From Rhodosorus marinus CCMP1338 (Eukaryota; Plantae; Rhodophyta), in assembly GCA_029953675.1 (NCBI GenBank), contig JAMWBK010000004.1, positions 2,976,001-3,040,000 of the forward strand: a stretch of 64,000 nucleotides of DNA, read 5' to 3'. Position numbers and translations under genes: made by a program. Positions 12,960 to 22,775 of this stretch are shown here, piece by piece. Positions within the stretch are counted from its first letter, which is position 1. Every line of letters starts with the position of its first letter. Under the pieces are notes generated by a model. It did no database searches. It was not told the origin of the DNA and saw only the letters and a program-made list of their open reading frames with translations.

Positions 12960-14811
12960 CCCTTCCACGAGACGGACCAGGAAAAACACTTCCTTCTGCT
13001 CCCCGCAAAAAAAGAAAAATAATAAGCTGGAGGAAGTTCAACCTCTCCAGTACTCACTCCTTCACAGCCCCCAACCGATCAAACCATCCTATACTAAACC
13101 TCGGTTCGTCCACCCCCACACCCACCTCAAACTATTGCTCACAACAGATACAATCTCAATACAAGAACATATACAAACTCAATCGCTTTCATCCTCTCAA
13201 CTTTCGACCTCCCTGTTCCAATCCAAAAAAAACAAAAAACCAAAGAAAAAGCTCACCAAATTACAACGCACTTCATTCAACCTCTCTGGAACACACCTTC
13301 ATATATCAATCTGTCTCTCTCTATCTCTCTGTCTACCACTCTAAATCCCTGACGGCCTCTTTAAAAGAGCTCAAAAGCTGATCCCCTGCGGAAAAAACTG
13401 GTAAATTCACACAAAATCCTCACCAAAAGTTACCCCCCTCTTGCGGTGCTGTTTTGTGACTCTATTGGAATCAAGAAAAAAGCGAATTGTGGATACTCAC
13501 TCAAAACACGAGCAGCACAAATCGATCATTGATCATCAGAAAACAGCCAGCGCTCGCGAATATAAGTGACAAAAAAAAGAACATTTTTGAATCAGATCTA
13601 GACAATACGCGCTATTTTTTTATCATCTATATACCGTTTATTCTATATAAATTTATTTATAATGGATCTTATTGTGTTCATTTGTTAACACTTCGTATAT
13701 TTGGTGCTATCCCGATAACTTTGTATATGAAAAGTCGATATTTTAGTGTTTCTTTTCTGAAGCGCAGGTCTTGATCTATGTAGAATGCGAATTAGTTTAG
13801 AGATAGTTTTTACCCGAATGGAAGGTCTCTTCTGAAGTGGTCACGCACTCACTGTACCTCATAGTTTGATTGTCAAAAACAATTTCTCTGATTTCTTTAA
13901 ATATTTAATACTCCCAAAGGTGGCTGGAAAAAACAATATAAAAATGCCAAAAAATTTAAATATTAAGCTTCCCATCTGCCATTTTCCTTTGAAATTTTGT
14001 TTTCCTAGAATACAATGAGGGTTTCCGAGCATTTCAAAAATTGTATTTTATTTCTAAAATAGTAATAGTCTCTGTCTGTTTCGTGAGCTTTTGATATGTG
14101 AATTGGAAATTTTTATTTTTATACTAAACAAAGTGAAATGATTGATATTTAATTTTATTGCTGTAGGACAAGTTGATCATGCGTTTCCACCAATGGATTT
14201 GCTTAAAAGTAAATATTTTGATCCTTTGTGTTAATCTCTGGCAGCCGAATTGAATCAGTTGGCTGGCAACCCAACTGTTCGAGAATATGATAAATATAAA
14301 CGATAGGTGTTGTTTGGATCTGTATGGCGAGAGTGTTCCCATTTCGTTCGATATAATTGGGTAGCTTGGCCTTCTCAAGTGCGCTTGCGTATGGGGTGGA
14401 CTTTCCTGACCAGAGTCCACCCACCTTGCTATAAGTCCGTGGGAGCGGAAATGGTATTCGGCGCCTGACCGCGATATGTGATGTCTTTCTCCTCTCACTC
14501 TCATCTTCCGCTGATGAAGGTCTATAACAGCGTTTGGAACCGTCCAGCACTCCCTCAACAATGCAATTCCCGCACACTAGACTTCTTCGGGGAGCTAGAT
14601 AATTGTGAAGGAACTGGTTTGGGACTAGGAACCGCAGAGGCACCTCGTTGCGGGAGTCTGAACGGACGGAACTGATGCCTTATCCTAGAAAATGATTTTT
14701 GCATACACCAACAAGCCAGTAGGCAAGTAGAACAATCGCTGCATCACATAAGCCAGATGTCTGAATGCTGAAGCCCTTATGCTTGAAGCACTCCCGGGAA
14801 AGTAACTCGCG

Positions 14812-15081
14812 TGCATGGACGCGTTAGCCTTCACGTTGCCGCTCGTTCTGATCATGCCACAGTCAATAGCCATTTCCGGGGATGAGGCCTCCTGAGCCTT
14901 CTCTCGCTTCTCAGGCAGGGCTTCTTTGCCTACACGTCAGAAGCGAACTCGTCACTCCAGACGTGCTATCCCTGACGAATGCATCCCGTGGCACAAGATG
15001 CCGGAGCTTCCGAGGGCCATTTGCGCCTGGCATATTAAAACCATAGCCAGTAGGACCTCGCGGACGGTTAAAAAAATATAA
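14812..15081 (+). mobile_element. Possible degenerate Mutator-like (MULE) transposase remnant
   Basis: One frame interrupted by TGA at 14893 reads CMDA..LPLVLI..DEAS*...MPELPRAICAWHIK, resembling the MULE D..PL..E and fP-x6-CxWHI motifs. No terminal inverted repeats found. Confidence 0.3.
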
Positions 15082-15911
15082 TGTGTAGCCGGGAGCATTC
15101 CTGAAAATATGTTCCCGTATAAGACTAGCTAGCCAGTAGACGTAAAATGCGGCACCAAGTTTCCATTTCGTTCAAGAGCGCAGGAAAGCCTCGCCATTCG
15201 AGAACTGGGTCGAACCACATTAAACGAGGCACAGGTAGTACAGTGCAATCGAGGAGACTACGACACTGCGTGATGCTAGGACTTTCTTCATCGAGGAGAT
15301 AGGAGCCATCTCACGTCCGCGAAGAGCACAGTACGTCAGCTCAGAGATCCGCATTTTGAACCACGTGTGGAGGACTCTTCAGTGTCCTCCTCGCACGCGG
15401 ATTAACGACACATAGACGTTTGGTTGCGCTGCTTCAGTCTCTTACATTTGTTGACGTCAACTGGATCCGGGTGAAGGCTGCTCGACGTCGTGCCTCCGAA
15501 ACGAGTCTGAGTTTGATCACAACCTACTACTCAAACAACGGGTATGATGATGCAAATAGTTTCGCTACTCTGCACATTTGGAGCCGGGTTATCGTGAACA
15601 CCTACTGTGCTGGGCGCAGCGCCCTGGACTAGGTAAGCTCTAGTTTGTTTTCAGCCATCGAATCATCCGCGAATCATCACGTCGCCAATTGAGGAGATGT
15701 CACCGCTCATCATCTACCATCGCGAGAAGCTTCAGTATCTAAGCCGTCAACTCTCTGAGAGCAGAGTTTTCGGGGAGGACCTTTTCTTGGAGCGGGCGGG
15801 ACCTGGAAGACTCGTGGGAGTGGGAAATGACAGCTGGAATGGATTGGAGAAGATTAGGATAGAGGCCTTTGTGAAGCAAGTTTGCGTTTGAATTAGAGAA
15901 ACATTGTGAAT

Positions 15912-17790
15912 ATGTGGCCCTTGCTGATAACAGCAGCATGGATGACGTTGATAATTGCCATTGGAAGCTATGTATACTTGTACGTTGCACGCCGTGACCC
16001 TGACGAGGTTGTTGATTTAAACAAGGAGAGAGAGAAGGAAATGAGGAGAGTACAATTCTCTTCGAACAAAAAGGATGATTCCACAGTAAAAACGAAGCCG
16101 GTGGTGAAAAAGTCTTCGAGGACGGCTACAAAGGGATCGAAGTCGGGCGCTAGTCATTTCTCACATCCTCTGTTGATACGTACAATTGGAGGTCACCATG
16201 ACTTTATCAATGACTTTGGCGTGAGCCACGAGGTAAGAGTGGCCTCCAGTTTTGTTCTGAGCCTCCTGATTTCACATGGCGATCTTAAATTTAAAACTGT
16301 AAAACTGCGGTTGGATCCTCAATAGATGGAGAAGGTAACGACGATGTCTGTGGATCGCACTATTAGAATCTGGGATTCAGCGTTGAGAACCGATTCCAAG
16401 TACTCCATGAAGAAGGTTGAATCAGCTCATGAAAAGGTACTTCTTTCACATATGCAGCCGTAAATCTCATGGAATATGAGAGTTGTGACGCTCACAGCCT
16501 CCGAATCAATTGCCTCGGTACTTGCATTTCAGGACGTGAGGTATCCAGATCAAGCTCTTCGCGGCTGTATCAATGGAAAGGTGACCTCCGCGGTGTTCTT
16601 CCTGGAACTGGCGACTGCGCTGAAGGGTTACACCATCCAAGGCTTGGCCATGCAAGAATCATTTCAGGTGCCTTTCAAGTCAAAAGGCAACCTGATGTTC
16701 CTGGACGTTCTCGGCAACGGAGTCGGTTTCGTAACTTTCACAGATACGTTGGAGCTGAATGTGTGGAACATGCACGGAGATATTCTCTCGACGCTCAACA
16801 CTCATCAGGTGAACGCCAGGCCTCATCGTCCAAAACTGAATTTCCCTTAAGATGCTTGTAGACGAGTTTGGCTCCAATTTTGCTCTGAATGAGAGGACGA
16901 CTGACGACTCGTCGCACTGACGCTATCGAAAATATCGACATCCCCAGGGCAAAATCAACGATGTACGTTTAAGCAAGGACGGCCGATTCGTTGCAACGGC
17001 TGGATTCACCTCAGAGGTTCAGATCTATGAGGTGGAACTGATGAAAGGCACGACGAGCTTTTCAGCCTGCAGAAAGGTGAGATCTAACGGTGATTGGTTT
17101 TGATGCCGAATTCCTCCGACTCACTGGATTGTCAAAACAACAGAGCTGATAGTTTAAGCATGATCGTCTCCTGAAAGGTCATGGATTTGAAGGGCCATAA
17201 AGCAGCTGTATACTCTGTGGACTTTTCTGCAGACGGAAAGATGGCAGCAACCGTGAGTCGAGATGGTTTCCTAATGCTTTGGAATATTAACGTTCGGTAC
17301 CGTGAACAAGAATCGTGTAAACTAGTATTGTCTATTAAGCCGGAGGGACCAGCACGGCTTGATCGAGTAAGGCTCTCGCCGGACAGCAAAGTGAGTTCTG
17401 CTTTACAAGATACTGCGCTGAAGTCCACATGCGCTGATACATGTTGAAATCTTCTCCGCCTGTCTCGACAACTAGCTCGCTGCAATATCCGAAGGTAGCT
17501 CAGTTTGGTTTTATAGTACAGCTGATGGTCATCTCGTGGAGAAGATTGAGAACTCCACGCCTACTAAATCTCCTTCTAGTGGTGGCTATGGGTGAGGGAG
17601 CAAAGCATGGACTTGGTTCTAACAGATACGATGCCAAGCTTCGAGAGGACCTTTGCTGAATTTCATGTGCCTGTATCTCGTCCGTAGGCGGATCTTGAAG
17701 ATGGAATTCTTAGGTGGAAAAGATAATGCTTTGGTAACCCTTTGTGAAGTGGATAAGTTTGTAAGAGTTTGGCGCACACCCGCTGTATAG
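15912..17790 (+). CDS. TBL2: Transducin beta-like protein 2 (ER-anchored WD40 protein), multi-exon
   Basis: N-terminal TM helix, then HFSHPLLIRTIGGH, VWNMHGDILSTLNTHQ, DGRFVATAGFTSEVQIYEV, DLKGHKAAVYSVDFS...VSRDG; ends DKFVRVWRTPAV*. Confidence 0.85.
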
Positions 17791-18280
17791 GAACTTTTAT
17801 CGGAAGGCTGTGGTGGGCTGCCTGGAGAGTGTTTGTAGACGTAGATTTTGGTTTGGAAAGAACAATGGTTAGGTCCGCGCCGCGTGCTCTTGTGTTTTTT
17901 TGGGGGAGTGTTGCGAATTATTTGAATGGCATTTTTGTCGAGCGCCGACCACAACAACATCCTCTGAGACTGTTTGGGAGCCAATTGATTCTTGAGTCAC
18001 TTAGCGACCAACGAACAAACTCTCCTCCAAGGGACTCCTTGTTTCCAAAGTTAACTTGTTAAAAAAACGCTGACTTTAATTCAGAGGAATAGTTCGGAGG
18101 CCGTCGTTCTTTCACAAAGGCTAAGCCTTCTGATCTGGGCTCCAGTTTCTTTCACGAACAGGAGCTGCAGCCTGAAGGGCTCTAAAGTTAAATGCTAGAC
18201 AGTGTGGAAAGCTCAACACGCACATCTGCCGATCCGTGATTCTTCGTTACCAGGTATCCGATCCGTCGGAGCATGGGGCT

Positions 18281-18568
18281 CTACTTGTGGTCCACCTTAC
18301 CGTATTGCTTTTCGAACTTAGTTACGGCTGAGGTCTCAACTGCCTCTCCTTTCTTGACCCCCTTCCACAGGTTCAGGTTTGTGACATCAGCTTTCACGAC
18401 CACCTGTTTCAAACCCCTGCCCAGCGGGGAATCCTCCGCAGTAATTGTGTTCAGATGCCACGGGAGCTGAGTTTGGATACTGGATCCGTCCGGGAAAATC
18501 ATCCGACTAAGACAATGCGTAGGTCTTACCGACCTCTTTATCCGAACAAACTTCTTTATCTTCCCCAT
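18281..18568 (-). CDS. Probable mitochondrial ribosomal protein bL31m (L31 family)
   Basis: 95-aa basic ORF with IFPDGSSI, DVTNLNLW and C-terminal AVTKFEKQYG, which match the bL31 pattern. Confidence 0.6.
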   Translation of the reverse strand: MGKIKKFVRIKRSVRPTHCLSRMIFPDGSSIQTQLPWHLNTITAEDSPLGRGLKQVVVKADVTNLNLWKGVKKGEAVETSAVTKFEKQYGKVDHK

Positions 18569-19092
18569 AGCCCTTGCTCCCTATCGAAGAAGGAAAGCAG
18601 CGGTTAGAGACTCGAGAGCAGTTCAAACCGCTCGAAATCTTAGGAGCATTAATCAACTCGGACGTAGTATAGGCTATCACTACCACACAAGCGTAACCAC
18701 TAGTGTAGTTCTTAAATCGTACCGCGAGTTCATGGCTCCTGAGCAGCGTTCCATTGGCTCGGCACCGATCGCTTTTCAACTCGTCGACCTCATATTGATG
18801 TTCGCGAAGAAATCCCGTCAGAACTAGGGCCCGAGAAATGCCGGGTTTAGCTAGCTTCGGGAGAAGGGGTTCTTGGTATTTGCCCGATTTGATCTTAAAC
18901 CAAAAGTAGGCTGCGGTAGAGAGTAACTTCTAGGACCAGTTTGAGAATGACCCTCCTGTTGAACGCTTCTCCCGAGCTGATGCCGCCCATGTGCCAAAGC
19001 GATCGATTGACTCGAGTGCGTCCTGAAAGGAATGGGATCATGCGTCGACCGTATCGCTTGCCCACGGGAAGATGTTATTCTAGACTGCAGGC

Positions 19093-19862
19093 TCAGTCGC
19101 ATTTTCTGGGAGCCTGCCTTTCCCGCTTGGTTGTGCGGCTTGGCGTTACTTGGCCCGGGTGCATGGCCTGAGGTCTCTCGGTACCCCGCCAACTGGCTCG
19201 CTTGAGAGTTGCTGTAGAAGATGGATTTCGAAATGGACTGAACAAACTGCGTGAACTAGAGGTCTGGTTGCGAGAGGCGAACCTTCGACTAGGATTTCCG
19301 TGGATTTCCTTTTTTAGAAGCTGGTTCTCTGCCGCGAGGGCCTGAATTTGTCTCTTCATGCTTGCGTATTCGCTATGCAGGCGATTTAGTTCTACGCTCA
19401 TTTGCTTGTTTGCGATCATCGCTTGTTGTAGCTCTTCAACAACCCGAGAGTGGTCCTGGATCTTTTTCTTGACTGCTTTTCGGAAAATATTGTAGTGTAT
19501 CTGATGGAACTGGGCATACAGAAATACGAGTTTTGAGCGGTACTAGACTGAGTCACGCGTCTCGCTCATGGCATTGACATGGAGGATACTTTGACCATCT
19601 CAGCTGTTTTGCGTATCTCCTCTACAGGATCTCCGAAAACGAATGTCCTGACATGATCGTTGTAGCTAAGACCACGCCCGGTCAGTGAGCCAGAATCTGC
19701 CTCGCTCCCGCAGACCTCGCAAACACCAACGGAGCCCGGTTGTATCTTTGAACATCGCGAACAAAAGAAGTGCCCACAGCTCGTGAAAAGCGCGTCCCCG
19801 TCAACAATTTCAGAAGCGCATACGTTGCAATGAAAATTCAATCTAAGCGGACTAGTCATCAT
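19093..19862 (-). CDS. Zip3/RNF212-like RING finger plus coiled-coil E3 ligase
   Basis: Exon 1 (19590-19862): FHCNVC...TSCGHFFCSRC...CEVCG...TFVFGDPVEE. Intron 19510-19589. Exon 2 encodes a coiled coil and a Ser/Arg/Pro-rich tail. Confidence 0.7.
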
Positions 19863-20768
19863 GAAAGAGGCATATCCCCAAAAGTCAACACAACACACCC
19901 ACGCAGCTCAAAGATAGCGGCTAGTACAAATCTACAGCGCGAAAACCTCTACCACAACATCACGAGTACGAAAGCACGACAACACCATATCCAACGACAA
20001 CTAAGTGCGAAATCAGTCCAAGCAAAGAAAACAAGTTCGCTAGCTCAGGGCGCATCTACAACAAAGAAGCATCCTCTCCTCCGACCAAGCCATCGCTTCC
20101 ACGCCATCCCTATACTCCCCAAAAGCCTCAGGATACAGACTCTAATCTCAACAACGCCGGACTTGTAAAAGGCAGAGAAATTTTCTTAGTTCATTCAAGC
20201 AGTTTGTAGATGCTAGAAGAGTGACGAATGTTCCTTGGACTTTGCCCCGAATTCAATGCTCATGTTCCGAAATACTTAGCCAGCCCAATGTTACTGGACG
20301 TCTTGGCCCTAGAGCGGAAGCGGCCATTTTGCTTACGACTTTGGCCCATACTACCTTGGCATCTGATGGACCAGAATTGGGTGTTGACTGGTAGATTTGG
20401 CACTTATCACTTGTGGAGAGTGTTGGGCGGGGGAGGGGGAAGGGAGGGGGAGAAGGGGGAAGGAGCTAGAGCCATTCTACTTCCCACTATGTTGGTGTGA
20501 AAACTGAAGGCTGAGGCCAGCTTGACGACTGAAGCTCTAGGGTGGGTTCGAATAGCCCTTCTGCCCTAGAGCTAGAATACTGAGAAAAGGACGTCGACAG
20601 GAGCTCATAAGATGTTGTATGGGAGATCGGACGAGCTGAAGTTGACTGGCGTCTGTTGAGAAAGATGATCGAGGGAGAACAAAAACGAGAGCTCAATGAG
20701 CATTCAAGCGAGATGAGCCTGGTGGAGATTGTCCAATGGTCTTTCATGGACAGGTGTTTATTTAGCTG

Positions 20769-21882
20769 TTACTCTGCCTTTTCCCTTCGCCCGTTTGTAG
20801 ACTCGCTTGCACTGTGTGTGGAAGCTGCCATTCTTGATCTATCGCCTTCCACTAAGCCCTTATATCTCCTCAGAACGTACTGATGAGGGACAAATACTGT
20901 TGCAACCGACAGGATAAACCCTAAACTCGTCTCCGCCCTGTTGAGTTTTGTGTTCAAAAGAGAGATCGTTAGCTTGTTCACGAAGCCATTCAGAGGTCTA
21001 TCTTGAGCGCGAGTTAGAGATCACCTGGTGTGGAAGTAAGCGCTGCTTATATATATGTTCAGACACGCTAGGATGACCATGATCTTTGTAAGAAAGTTGA
21101 CTGTAAAGTACGTGATAGTTTTCGGGCTTTCCAGCTTGATGGCGTTAACCTCAAACATTGGTATTGCAATGTACTGAACCATCATCAGCACCAAGTGATC
21201 TCCTATGTTAAAGCTGGCGAGATGAGAAAAAAAGTGTGGTAAGGAAGCAACCCCGTGCGGAGGAGAAGAAGGAATAGGGAAACCGCTGCTTACTTATCCT
21301 TGCACCGATTCTTTGGTCTATAAGGGGAGTACCAGCATTCTTCTGTAGGTGGCCCTTGGACAATCTTCTCGATCCAATTCACCACTAGATAGAGAACCAG
21401 GATTCGGAAGATGATAGTTATGGCGTAAAGAATGAACCTGAGAAGCATGCGTTTTCCGAAATCCGTGTCTCGCCGAAGCCTGTCTTGGCTCAAGACGGCT
21501 GCGATCAGAAGAGGAATCAGCGGGAAGGCAGCCGCAAATGGAGATACCATTATCTATAGGACATGATGAGATGCCAAAACAATGCTTAGCGCGAAAAGCT
21601 TGAAGTTGTTGTTTCCTGTTTCCCATGGGACGAGCCGCTTACTTCCTCAATCCATCTGAACTTGTTCACAATCAGACACATCTCATTGAGCTCCTTGACA
21701 GAAGAGACAGCCGAGTCACAGCAGACAACCTCAGATCCAAACGCGGAAATATCAATAAACCCCTTCTGACACGAACTAGTGCTCATCGCAGTTACGAACT
21801 TATGACCTCGATTCACTAGCAGAGCAAACGACACAGTCATGCTCGACGCTAGCACACCAAAAGCCATTGGTGTGGATTCCAT
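20769..21882 (-). CDS. Multi-pass membrane protein with FIT/PAP2 (lipid phosphatase superfamily)-like motifs, 4 exons
   Basis: Spliced model gives CWYSPYRPKNRCKDNFNIGDHLVLMMVQY and SSAYFHTRAETSLG, resembling the FIT/Scs3 DxSGH and YFHxxEK motifs. Confidence 0.5.
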
Positions 21883-22775
21883 TGTTCAAAACCTCTCCAA
21901 GACCCAAACCCAGCTCATACGAAATATATGCCTACTTGTCCGTACTGCACTCTTCCCACCCCACTAAAACAACCGGTCAAGTTCCTTAGGCCGTCGACTT
22001 GGACAAAGACGAGCTCTAAAATTCATGGGGTGATCGAGAGCTAGGTGTGACTGGCCGTAGGAAAACTACGTACGAACATCCCTTTTATTATGCTCATGTT
22101 GAAGGGAGGAACAAAACTTTCGAAGTTGAAGCAGTTGGAAAAACTGTACAAAGGTTGATAATTCACAAGTTGCACACCAGGCTTTGGGTGTGGTTGTCAC
22201 GGCAGTGACCATCGCTGTGGAAAAAGTTGAGATCGCACAGGTACAAGCTGGCCTGGCACCTATCTATCTCCATAATTCTAACAATTGATTATATATCTAA
22301 TTCTGAAGTTCTGTTCCCTCAGTTGCCTTTTTTCTCATCTTTGTTAGGTCTCTTTTGCCTCTTTTTTTGGTTTCTTTTGGGCTCTTCATTTCTTTTTTTG
22401 GTGCTTTTTCCTTCGAGCTTTCTTTGTCTCTTTTTCGCTCCATTTTTTTTGTTCATGGCTTTTGCTCTTCGCTTTCTTTTAAGGTATATATGAGGGACAG
22501 ACTTATCGATTTGGTTAGATATTTGCATTCTGCGCTCTAAGCGTGGTTCTTCTTCAGTCTAACATATTTGCATCCGTGGTAACCCCAGGCTATCCTGGTG
22601 CAAGGAAGAGGAAAGAATTTGTGTTCTAGTTAGCTTCCAGGAAAGACAAGGGACGGTTACGTCCACAGCTTTCCCAGGTTTCCTCATTCGAGCTGCTCAC
22701 TGTTACGAATTCACTTGGAAAATGTTGACACACAGCAAATCGTGCGGGATATGCGGAAAAGGCCACACCGCTCCA

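Noticed and set aside
14511-14540. CUGAUGA hammerhead/box C-like word
   Set aside because: No stem II followed by GAAA, and no convincing box D with terminal stem.
16802-16813. 12-nt match (tcatcaggtgaa) to the core of the 44.2-kb hairpin, at a TBL2 exon/intron junction, as a small-RNA target
   Set aside because: Too short to exceed chance, and it spans a splice donor, so it is absent from mature mRNA.
19510-19589. U12-like donor GTATCCTC in the RNF212-like intron
   Set aside because: It is not the full GTATCCTT consensus and has no TCCTTAAC branch site, so it is treated as a U2 intron.
20543-20560. GGTTCGAAT T-loop/B-box word as part of a tRNA
   Set aside because: The closing G-C pair is missing and there is no upstream cloverleaf. 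It is kept only as a generic hairpin.
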